From: an uncultured delta proteobacterium
GTDB taxonomy: Bacteria; Desulfobacterota; Desulfobacteria; Desulfobacterales; SG8-13
Direction: 5' to 3'
Length of the DNA: 64,000 nt
Assembly: GCA_963848135.1 (NCBI GenBank)
Contig: CAWKCK010000003.1
Span: 248,001-312,000 of the forward strand
Positions 28,447-37,216 of this stretch are shown one piece after another. Numbering within the stretch: the stretch's first letter is position 1; each line of letters begins with the position of its first letter. The position numbers were made by a program, and so were the translations under genes. A model generated the notes under the pieces. It saw only the letters and a list, made by a program, of their open reading frames with translations. It searched no databases and was not told the origin of the DNA.

Positions 28447-29736
28447 ATGCACCCGACCCAAAGCCGCAATATAACCGGTGAGGTAACACATCACACTGTA
28501 GCCATGGCTTTGCGGTATCCTTACCACGGGCCGCGGCGTCTGTCTAAACTGTTGCGGCGGGATCGGATTTGTTTGACGGCTTCTTCTGTCAACATTATTC
28601 TGCGTCAAAATAATCTGCGTTCACGACTAAAACGGATCGAGAGAGCAAAGAATCTGGCGGAAGAAGACGCATTGACTCGTTCGCGTGAAGCGAAAATCGC
28701 CGAGAAAATCGACCTAACAAAAGAACCATCATATACCAAGAAACCAGTGGTCGTGTGGATGAAACCTCGCACGCGGTGGCAGCAAGGGTTGTTTTCTCCG
28801 CTCTTGTGGGGAAAATGGATGGTTCATTTGGCTTTGGTCATTATTGCCTTGAGTACCGGTTTCTACGCGGCTCAGTATCAGCATCGGACTGCTATAAAAA
28901 TCAAGGAGATCTCTTCGCGTGTCCCTATTGTGGAAGACAGCCTTCTGCTTTCTTCCGATTCCCCTCGCGTCCCATAAGTCCTTCCCGCGTCGTTTACCCA
29001 GAACATCCTGTCAGTGCCAAAGCGAGAAAAAAGAAATCGATGTGGAAAAGCTCGCGCCGCAAACGAAAAAACCACTAATGGCAGATGCGGGATGGAAGCT
29101 GATCGGCACCATGGTGGCGGAACCGGCGGAAAAAAGCATCGCTGTCATCAGGTATTTAAGAACACAGATCCAGGACACAGTTAAAGAGGGCGATCGCGCC
29201 GGCGGTCTGCGCATCAAAAAAATCATGCGCGACCGGATCCTCGTCGGCACCGGCGACAACGAGATAATGATTGCCATGAATCGTACGCTGCCGACAGATG
29301 GTCTGGAGAGATCGCGCAGCGTACGATGCTCTCGCCCGGCAACGGCTGGAACTCCGAGCGACGCTTACACAGCTAGCATTGATCATAGCATGAACCCAAT
29401 GCGGCCCACAGGCAGAAGTCGCTTCCTCCACCTCGATCGGCAAGTGGTCGAGGTATCGCTCGCAGACCCCGATCAGGTTTTACAGCATGTCGCCATTAAA
29501 CCGGCGAGTCACACGGACACCCATCCGGAATTCGGATCGCCCCCATCGAAGCGGGAAGTATTTTCGCCGACCTGGGCCTGCAAAGCACCGATGTGATTGT
29601 CGGCGTCAACAGTGAGTCTATCTCGACGCCCGACCAGGCCGCCCTATTACTCCACCGTATCAAAGCCGGCGGCAGGGTAACCATCCAAGTCAAAGGCAAA
29701 CGCCGCAACCGCATCATTCAGCTCGATATCAGCTAG
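28447..29736 (+). CDS. GspC-like protein (TM, HR region, PDZ) with an N-terminal IS481-like HTH; frameshifted as read
   Basis: N-terminus VAMALRYPYHGPRRLSKLL..LTASSVNIILRQNNL; TM helix; WKLIGTMV..SIAVI..VKEGD..IKKIMRDRILV; IFADLGLQSTDVIVGVN; ends IQLDIS*. Confidence 0.65.
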
Positions 29737-29878
29737 CTATATAAGCCCCTCCAAACGACCATAATAAAGACAACACCCTGGTCTACACGCCTGACATCTA
29801 AGCCGTTGAAAGACGCCATGGTATTTGCTATCCTTTCATTCCGGTATAAATTTTAGATCAAAGGAGAAAAAATTAAAG

Positions 29879-30598
29879 ATGAAACAGGTAATTCTCATTA
29901 ATGCGCTATTGGGACTGATACTATATGGGGTTTGTGCGGCGGAAGATAAAGTGGAAATGAAAGACGAAAAGGCCAAAATCAGCTACAGCGCCGGTTACCG
30001 GCTTGGCAGTGATTTCAAAAAGCAGTTTGGAGCCGTCGATGCCAGAGCCATGGTCAAGGGGGTTCAGGATGCGCTTTTGGATGCAACCCCCCTGGATGTC
30101 GCCTGAGGAGATGCAAACCACCCTGATGGGATTAAAAAGGCGGACCATGGCCCAAAAGAAGCTCGAGCAGCAGCTGGCCGCCAAACACCTCGCCGAGGGT
30201 CAGACTTTTCTGGCAGAGAACGCCAAAAAAGACGGCGTGGTCTCCCTGCGAAGCGGACTGCAGTACAAGGTCATCAAGGAGGGCACCGGCAAAGCCCCGG
30301 GCCTTAAAGACACCGTTTCGGTCAACTATCGCGGCACCCTGATCGACGGCACCGAATTCGACAACTCCTACAAACGGAATGAACCAACGACGTTCCGGGT
30401 CGACAGCGTGATTCGGGGCTGGTCGGAAGCGCTGCAGTTGATGAAGGAAGGCGCCAAGTGGGAGCTTTACATCCCCCCCGAACTGGGCTATGGCGAGCGC
30501 GGCGCCGGGTCGAAGATCCCCCCAACAGCCCGCTTATTTTCGAAGTCGAGGTCGTCTCGATTAACCCCACGAAAGAAACCGTCAAGAAGAAAGAATAA
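29879..30598 (+). CDS. FKBP-type peptidyl-prolyl isomerase (Mip/FkpA-like), frameshifted as read
   Basis: KISYSAGYRLG; FLAENAKKDGVVSLRSGLQYKV; VNYRGTLIDGTEFDNS; VIRGWSEALQLM; LIFEVEVVSI. Confidence 0.9.
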
Positions 30599-30807
30599 AA
30601 ATCCGAAAACACGATTTTTAAAAAGAATTGCGTTTTCGGATAAAAAACCCGTTGCCGAACGTTTTCTATATACGGGGAGAATATTTTTCCCCGATGCAAA
30701 TCAAACAGACGCGATTCCTGAGGGATTATTAGGCGGAAACCCATTCCGTTCGGTTGGATGCTTTTCCCCAGAAACCGTCTGACCCTTCAAACAGACGGAA
30801 AATTCCC

Positions 30808-31226
30808 ATGAATACCCGAATTTTATTGACCGATGACCAGAAGGCCACGCGTAAAATTATCGCCGCCCTGATTAGAAACCAGCCCGGAATGGCGGTGGTG
30901 GCCGAGGCGAATAACGGCCTGGAGGCCTTTAAGATGGCCCGGGAACTCAAACCCGAGGTCATTATAATGGACATCAACATGCCGGTTTTGAATGGTATCG
31001 ATGCCACCCGCCTCATTGTCGAAGACTTCCCGGTATTAAAGTTCTTGGCCTTTCAATCTATTCTGACTGCCAATTCCTGGAAGGCATGCTCGATGCCGGT
31101 GCGGTGGGCTACGTCTTGAAAGATCTGGTATATGAACAGCTCATCCCAGCCATCCATGCGGTGATCGACAACCGGATGTATATCAGCCCCGAGATACACT
31201 GTGCTGTTACCGAAGTCTGTTCATAG
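30808..31226 (+). CDS. Stand-alone NarL-type receiver protein (one frameshift as read)
   Basis: RILLTDD, IIMDINMPVLNGIDAT; after the shift, GAVGYVLKD..MYISPEI; no HTH. Confidence 0.8.
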
Positions 31227-31241
31227 AATGTAGAGTCTATC

Positions 31242-31612
31242 TCTCGCGGAGCAAACAGGGCACACAGAGAATTAGAAGTGGCTTGAAAACCCTATCTGAC
31301 ACCCAATTGCGGTGTTGTGGTCCTCCTCAAAATACTCACATACCACCACATGTATGCTGCGTTTATTTCTTCGGTCCACGCCTTGCACTTGAGCGTGACC
31401 TAAGGTTTTGAAACCACTTCTAAGGATATTGTCCAAACCGCAGAGCTTGCGCGTCACTTTTCAGATACTGCTCACGAGCGATTCGACTCGTACTGTAAAG
31501 AAAGATAATCCCTCGCTGATGGTTGACCGGATTCGACCTCTCAACGAATCCGGTCAAATATTATCTCTGTGCTCTCTGCGTGCTCAAGCGACCTAAGGGA
31601 GAGGGTGTGAGA
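31242..31612. mobile_element. 21881-type MITE carrying a nested insertion
   Basis: tctcgc..gcacacagag / ctctgtgc..gtgaga ends; gaccggattcg-acctctcaa-cgaatccggtc hairpin. Confidence 0.55.
31273..31422 (-). mobile_element. 150 bp MITE with TAGAAGTGG/CCACTTCTA inverted ends
   Basis: Perfect 9-bp TIR; its reverse complement aligns over the full length with 35364-35510. Confidence 0.85.
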
Positions 31613-31807
31613 AGATAATCTCTTAGTCTTTCTCGAATCTAATTCCCGTTAGATCTGGATTTATACAAATCAATCCTTATTTTCCCAATTTGGGTTTTTC
31701 TTCTCACATGCAATTTTTTCCAAAAATCGCATCGCGGATAAAAACCTCCCTCTCAGCCGTTATCCAGTTAGAAGCAGCAGAAAAACAGCCAAAAGAGAGG
31801 CAAACTG

Positions 31808-32437
31808 ATGGAAACCCGAAAAAAAATGCTGAAAAGTGCACTCAAATTAACCCGCCGGATGTTTTTTCGTTACGGCACTCTTTCTATGATCCTGCTTTTA
31901 ACCGGAGCTTTGTCCCTGGTGCCGCTCGGCATCAGCCGCACTACCGGCAAGATGGTCATTGCGACAGCCATAGCAGACGGAGACGGTGGTGGTGATAGTG
32001 GTGACGGCGACGGCGGCGGTGACAGCGGCGATGGCGACAGTGGCGATGGTGACAGCGGTGACGGTGACAGCGGTGATGGCGACAGTGGCGATGGCGACAG
32101 TGGCGATGGGGACAGCGGAGACGGGGATAGTGGCGACGGTGATAGCGGAGATGGTGATAGCGGAGACGGGGATAGTGGCGACGACGGTGAAAGTGGTGAA
32201 AGCGGCGATGAAGGCAGCAATGACAGTAGTGAAGGCGAGAGCAGTGAAGGCGAAAGCAGCGACGACGGCTCTGAAAGCGCAAGCAGCAGCAGTGATGACG
32301 GTTCCGGCAGCAGCGACGGCAGCTCCGGTGATGGCGATGGTGGTGCGTCAGGCCTGATGGGCGTCGGCGGTATCGAAGGCCTGTCTCCGGTATCCGACAG
32401 TGATGAGGCGGGTCTGGTGGGGAACTGGGGGCAATGA
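31808..32437 (+). CDS. Tat-like exported acidic low-complexity (GDSGD)n protein
   Basis: LTRRMFFRY twin-Arg motif, hydrophobic helix, 12 DSGD units, S/E/D-rich tail, C-terminal GLVGNWGQ. Confidence 0.8.
   Translation: METRKKMLKSALKLTRRMFFRYGTLSMILLLTGALSLVPLGISRTTGKMVIATAIADGDGGGDSGDGDGGGDSGDGDSGDGDSGDGDSGDGDSGDGDSGDGDSGDGDSGDGDSGDGDSGDGDSGDDGESGESGDEGSNDSSEGESSEGESSDDGSESASSSSDDGSGSSDGSSGDGDGGASGLMGVGGIEGLSPVSDSDEAGLVGNWGQ
31991..32182 (+). repeat. Coding 15-bp tandem repeat (GDSGD), 12 units of which 11 are contiguous
   Basis: ggN gaY agY ggN gaY units that vary only at third codon positions. Confidence 0.92.
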
Positions 32438-32752
32438 TCGGCGCTGCTTGAAAACGATGGAATAAGTGACAGGTAGGAGAATATTGATGCCTAAAAGAGC
32501 GCCATGAATCATCCGCATATACCGGGCAAACTCATTGTAAAGGGCTCATAAAGAAAGAACAGAGAAGGGGCAATACATCATTATGTTAGTTGCGACACGA
32601 ACAGTACAATGCTCTTGAAACATAAGAATGTCCCGCTGTTCTTTCTTAAAGATCCCTAAACCATTCAAACAGTGCCCGGTGCTATGCGGATAACCCATTT
32701 CGCTCTTATACAGACTTAGCAATATAATTCTCTCGACCCCTGGAATAAATAT

Positions 32753-33322
32753 GTGATGAACCCTCGATCGGATCAAATCCGCGCGCGGGAGGCGGCCTTG
32801 AAGAAAGAGATGGTCGGCCTTCTCCCGTGCTTGCGCCGTTTTGCAAGAGGTCTTTCAAAAGATCCCGCAAAGGCAGACGACCTGGTTCAGGACGCCTGCG
32901 AAAGGGCCTTGAATCGGCTGGATCAGTTCAGCGAAAACACTCGCATCAGAAGCTGGTTGTATCGAATTGTTTACACCCGCTGGATCGACCGGTTGCGTCG
33001 TCAAAAAACCCGTCAGGCGCACCTGGTCCTCATGACCGATGAAAACCGCCGGACAGCAGCGGATGGCCGCTCGGCCGATTCACGTATTCACGCCGCCATG
33101 GACATCCGCACCGCGCTTAATTCACTACCCGAGGACCACCGCGCCGCCATGGTCCTGGTTGTCGTCGAAGGCTACAGATACGACGAGGCCGCAACCATAT
33201 TGGACTTGCCTGTCGGAACGGTGGCCAGTCGGGTGGCAAGGGCGCGCGGCATGCTGGCCAATATGATGACCCATCGGGAAGAACCGCGCTTGAAAACCGT
33301 CGCACAGACACAAGGGGAATAG
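32753..33322 (+). CDS. ECF RNA polymerase sigma factor
   Basis: LRRFARGL, ADDLVQD, SWLYRI, LNSLPEDHR, GTVASRVARAR. Confidence 0.93.
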   Translation: MMNPRSDQIRAREAALKKEMVGLLPCLRRFARGLSKDPAKADDLVQDACERALNRLDQFSENTRIRSWLYRIVYTRWIDRLRRQKTRQAHLVLMTDENRRTAADGRSADSRIHAAMDIRTALNSLPEDHRAAMVLVVVEGYRYDEAATILDLPVGTVASRVARARGMLANMMTHREEPRLKTVAQTQGE

Positions 33323-33326
33323 CACC

Positions 33327-33947
33327 ATGAAAAAGACCTATGACGAAACCTTGCTATCGGCCTACATTGACGGGGAACTCGGCACCGAAGACATGCAGAC
33401 CGCCGAACAAATCATCGCAACGAATGCCTCCGCTCGAGGTTATGTGCTCGATGCCGTAAAATCTGGTGCTCGCTTGCGATCAGCCTTTAACCCCGTCCGG
33501 GAAGAAGATGTTCCCGATCGGCTTTTGGATTCCATAATGGCCAAACAGCCCCATTCTCTTCCTCAAAAACCACCGGTTTTGAGGAACCTGTTTCGTATCG
33601 CCGCAGCGGTGGTTTTGCTGCTCACCGGTTTCGGTGTCAGTGAGATTATCGATCGAACGGGCGGCAACCGCTTACAGGGGTTTGTCGAGCCGTTGAGCGG
33701 CCCCTACAGGCAGGTGGTCGACGCGGCGCTGGAAAACGTCCTGAGCGGCACGCCGCACGAATGGCGAAATGGCCTCCGGCCGGTCACCGTTCGGGTCACC
33801 CCCTTGAAAACCTATCGCGACAAAGCCGGTGTTTACTACAGGGAATACCGCCTGGAGGTCAATAGCAACAATCAGACACTGCAAGTCAACGGCCTGGCCT
33901 ATCGGGCCGCGAAAGGCAGTTGGAAGACCAAGGCCTTGTATTTTTAA
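33327..33947 (+). CDS. Membrane anti-sigma factor with a periplasmic 17-kDa-antigen-like domain
   Basis: LLSAYIDGEL anti-sigma N-terminus, one TM (IAAAVVLLLTGFG), coupled to the ECF gene. Confidence 0.85.
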   Translation: MKKTYDETLLSAYIDGELGTEDMQTAEQIIATNASARGYVLDAVKSGARLRSAFNPVREEDVPDRLLDSIMAKQPHSLPQKPPVLRNLFRIAAAVVLLLTGFGVSEIIDRTGGNRLQGFVEPLSGPYRQVVDAALENVLSGTPHEWRNGLRPVTVRVTPLKTYRDKAGVYYREYRLEVNSNNQTLQVNGLAYRAAKGSWKTKALYF

Positions 33948-34278
33948 CGGGTGCCTAAACTGATCGGTTCCAGCTTCAGGGTTAGGGTTCAAAGGGTTAA
34001 AGTGCTGATTTCCCGAACTTTATATGCCATTTATGGATTGGACGCTCTAACCCATTGTGGGAAACGTTTTATAAACACCATAAAACCAGAATTGTTCAGA
34101 TATAAGCAGTTCAGGGCTTTTCATCCCAGATCGTTGAACCTTAAACCGCTCAACTTCGGGGGTATTATTCAATAGACAAAAAATTCGGGAAATCATAGGG
34201 CTAAAAAGGGTTTCAAAAACCATGTTGAATAAATTCGGATTAGATATGTCTTTCCATACAGAGCATTGCGTGCGCCCC

Positions 34279-35175
34279 ATGCCCGCAATCATTATAATAT
34301 TGGCAATTGTATTGTTGGCCGGTGGGTGCGCAACATCTCCCCCTCAACGGCAGGGACTGGATCTCGCACCGGCGCAACTGCCCGTATATAAAAAAGGAAC
34401 CACCTATGTCTATTCCAATGGCAGCTGGGAAACGGTAATAGACGTCACACCCAGCGCCGTAACTTGGGAAAATAACCGGGGGAGGGTGTCCAGCGGACCG
34501 CCAGACTTTACTTACAAGCAATCATCCTGGAAATTGCTCAACCGGCAAGGGGTCCGGGAATTCGCACCGCGGGAAGATGTGCTAGCCGTACCGCCCACCA
34601 GCCTCTGGCCTTTGCGCGTGGGCAACTTCGCCGGCCACACCGAAAGGGGCGTATGGAGTGAAAGGGGTGGGCCCGAAAAAACGTATCGAACAAATTGGAG
34701 CTGTAACGTCGCCGGGACCGAGCGCGTTTCGGTGATGGCCGGCGAGTTCGACACCTATGCGATCGAGTGTGCGCGAAGGTCCGGTCGTCGAACCTATGAA
34801 TTGAAAACCTGGTACTACGCCCCTGCGGCCGGCCACTATGTTCTCGTCACCAGCAAGTACACCTATGACCGGCCGTCGTGGCAAAAGGAGCTGCTGGCCG
34901 TCATTCCGCCGGATGACGGGCTTTCAACCACAAAAAGAAAACGAATCGCACAGAGCTTTCAAAAGACAATGGAATACAATAAAAGCGGCCAGCCGCTCTC
35001 GTTCTCCGATAAAAAAATCAAAGTGGAAATTACGCCCACAGATACCTTCCGGATAGACAACGGTACCTACTGCCGCCGATACGTTCAGAAGATGTCACTG
35101 CCGAATGATAAGGGCACCTTTTTTGGAATGGCCTGCCGGGAGACAAACGGCACGTGGGTCATTCCGCGCAGGTAA
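34279..35175 (+). CDS. Lipoprotein with a C-terminal 17-kDa-antigen-like (YCR...ACR) domain
   Basis: Lipobox LAGGC; VMAGEFDT..WYYAP beta domain; GTYCRRY..GMACRETNGTW. Start may be 34222. Confidence 0.75.
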   Translation: MPAIIIILAIVLLAGGCATSPPQRQGLDLAPAQLPVYKKGTTYVYSNGSWETVIDVTPSAVTWENNRGRVSSGPPDFTYKQSSWKLLNRQGVREFAPREDVLAVPPTSLWPLRVGNFAGHTERGVWSERGGPEKTYRTNWSCNVAGTERVSVMAGEFDTYAIECARRSGRRTYELKTWYYAPAAGHYVLVTSKYTYDRPSWQKELLAVIPPDDGLSTTKRKRIAQSFQKTMEYNKSGQPLSFSDKKIKVEITPTDTFRIDNGTYCRRYVQKMSLPNDKGTFFGMACRETNGTWVIPRR

Positions 35176-35226
35176 ATCAAATCCAATTTGGGTTAGAATG
35201 TTTCCCTTCCCAACGGCCGTGTCATA

Positions 35227-35260
35227 AAATCCCCTTGACCATCTTTATTAAAAGGGGGAA
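35227..35260 (+). repeat. REP-like element (degenerate)
   Basis: aaatccccttgaccatctttattaaaagggggaa. Confidence 0.55.
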
Positions 35261-35363
35261 CGTTGACACGCTGGAATTTCTTGTTTCGCCTCAGTCTCTT
35301 CTTCATCCCGCAGATATTTTTGACAAGGTGATTGTTGTCTTGTTAAAGAATTCACTTAAAAGC

Positions 35364-35510
35364 ATGAAGTGGTTTAAAAACCTCAGATCACGCCCAAGTG
35401 CAAGGCGTGGGCCGACGAAAAAACGCAGCATACATGAGCGTATGTGAGTATTTGGAGGAGGACCACAACACCGCAATTTGGTGTTAGATGGGGTTTTTTA
35501 ACCACTTCAT
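35364..35510 (+). mobile_element. ~147 bp MITE, second copy of 31273-31422 in inverted orientation
   Basis: atgaagtgg/ccacttcat TIR; shared interior aagtgcaaggcgtgg..cgcagcatacatg..gtatgtgagtattt..ggaggaccacaacaccgcaatt. Confidence 0.85.
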
Positions 35511-35535
35511 CTCAAAATAGACAAGGACGATCGCT

Positions 35536-36957
35536 ATGGACAATCAAGAGTTCAAGAAGATGGGATACGCATTCATCGATTGGATTGCCGATTATTTTTC
35601 CGGCGTGGAAAACTACCCGGTCATGTCACCGGTGGCGCCGGGTGATATCAGAAACCAGATCCCACACGCGCCGCCCATAAACGGCGAAAAACTGGAAAAC
35701 GTTTTTACTGACTTCCAAAAAATCATCTTGCCGGGCATCACCCATTGGCAGCACCCGTCATGGTTTGCCTACTTTCCGGCCAACAACAGCCCCCCTTCGG
35801 TTCTGGCCGAACTTCTCACCGCCGGACTGGGGGCCCAGTGCATGATCTGGCAGACCTCTCCGGCAGCCGCCGAACTGGAAGAGACGGTTATGGAGTGGCT
35901 CAGACAAATGCTGGATCTTCCCGAGGGGATGGTCGGATGCATCCAGGACACGGCCTCCACCGCCACCCTGTGCGCCATACTGACAGCCCGGGAGAAAACC
36001 ACCGACTTTGAGTCCAATTCCACCGGCCTGAGAACACCAATGGCTGTTTATGCTTCTGCACAAACGCATTCCAGCATTGAAAAAGCGGTCAAAATAGCCG
36101 GCCTCGGAAGCAAAGCTCTGCGGGCGATTCCCACCGACGACGCGTTTACCATGCGGCCCGACAAACTGGAAGCCGCCATTCTCGCCGACATCGAACAAGG
36201 GATCCGACCGACCTGCGTCGTGGCGACTTTAGGGACAACCTCTTCAACAGCGGTCGATCCGCTGGAACCCATCGGCCGGATCTGCCGGCGCCACAAGGTC
36301 TGGCTGCATGTCGATGCCGCCTACGCAGGCACCGCCGCGATTTTGCCGGAAAAACGATCGATGCTCGCCGGCGCCGAATACATGGATTCCTTCGTATTCA
36401 ACCCCCACAAATGGATGCTGACAAACTTCGACTGCTCGGCCTATTTCGTCAGTGATCCGGAGAGCCTTGTCCAAACCTTCGAAATCCATCCCGAGTATTT
36501 GAAGACCGGTGTAGACCGTCAGGTCAAAAACTACCGTGACTGGGGTATCCAACTGGGAAGGCGTTTCAGGGCCCTAAAACTGTGGTTTGTCATTCGGTCT
36601 TACGGGATCAGCGGCCTGCAGGACATGGTGCGGGAGCACATTCGCCTGGCGCAACTGTTCCGCGGCTGGGTGGAAACACACGCCACATTTGAAATCTTGG
36701 CCCCGGTCAATTTCAGCCTGGTCTGCTTCCGATTCAACGACGGGCAGGGGGAAGCCGCACTCAACGCGTTCAACGCCCGCCTTATGGAAGCCATCAACAA
36801 GACCGGCAAGGTTTATCTTACGCATACAACCCTGAAGGGCAAATATGCACTAAGATTGGTGATCGGACAGCGGACGACTCAGGAGCACCACGTTCGGGCA
36901 GCGTGGGAATTAATCCTCGAGAAGGCGGCTGAATTGGAAAATCCGCATATTTCATGA
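35536..36957 (+). CDS. Aromatic-L-amino-acid decarboxylase (group II PLP decarboxylase)
   Basis: PGITHWQHP, TSPAAAELE, HSSIEKA, WLHVDAAYAG, FNPHKW, LGRRFRALKLWF. Confidence 0.92.
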   Translation: MDNQEFKKMGYAFIDWIADYFSGVENYPVMSPVAPGDIRNQIPHAPPINGEKLENVFTDFQKIILPGITHWQHPSWFAYFPANNSPPSVLAELLTAGLGAQCMIWQTSPAAAELEETVMEWLRQMLDLPEGMVGCIQDTASTATLCAILTAREKTTDFESNSTGLRTPMAVYASAQTHSSIEKAVKIAGLGSKALRAIPTDDAFTMRPDKLEAAILADIEQGIRPTCVVATLGTTSSTAVDPLEPIGRICRRHKVWLHVDAAYAGTAAILPEKRSMLAGAEYMDSFVFNPHKWMLTNFDCSAYFVSDPESLVQTFEIHPEYLKTGVDRQVKNYRDWGIQLGRRFRALKLWFVIRSYGISGLQDMVREHIRLAQLFRGWVETHATFEILAPVNFSLVCFRFNDGQGEAALNAFNARLMEAINKTGKVYLTHTTLKGKYALRLVIGQRTTQEHHVRAAWELILEKAAELENPHIS

Positions 36958-37216
36958 TGGTTTCGCGTCAACCGTCTGCTGGATTAAATTTACAAATTTC
37001 TGATTTTGATAACGAATTCATTGTTGAATTTTTTCACCACAGAACCTCTGTGGACGCAGGGAGAAATGTGGATTTCGTTTACCGGTGGCCGCATAGCATT
37101 TTTGAGATTCGATCGGTCATCCCGCCTTGGTGGGGGAGAGGATGGCAAACGAAAACCGACGTCTCTGTCGGGCAAACATGGGTATTACTGATGCTAATTC
37201 TGGCAGGATTCTGTTA

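Noticed and set aside
23179..30598. Programmed frameshifting, phase variation or selenocysteine readthrough explaining the broken ORFs
   Set aside because: Lesions are numerous, go in both directions and lie at 2-4 nt runs without slippery heptamers. TGA codons appear only after frame loss and not at Cys positions. Sequencing error is simpler.
31870..32357. Alternative-frame ORFs (SPLSP, RHHR or VTA repeats) and a possible CRISPR array
   Set aside because: The 15-bp units have no spacers and vary at third positions only in the GDSGD frame; no cas genes are present.
33965..34155. Short GGTTCA/AGGGTT and TGAACC repeats, and similar GATTCAAG/CTTGAATC repeats at 22449-22530
   Set aside because: Too short and degenerate to define an element; probably remnants of common intergenic heptamer repeats.
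7626..37200. Classical integrative element (integrase plus attL/attR duplication of the tRNA 3' end)
   Set aside because: No integrase ORF and no second copy of the tRNA-Gln 3' end seen. The region is called an island only on gene content and position.
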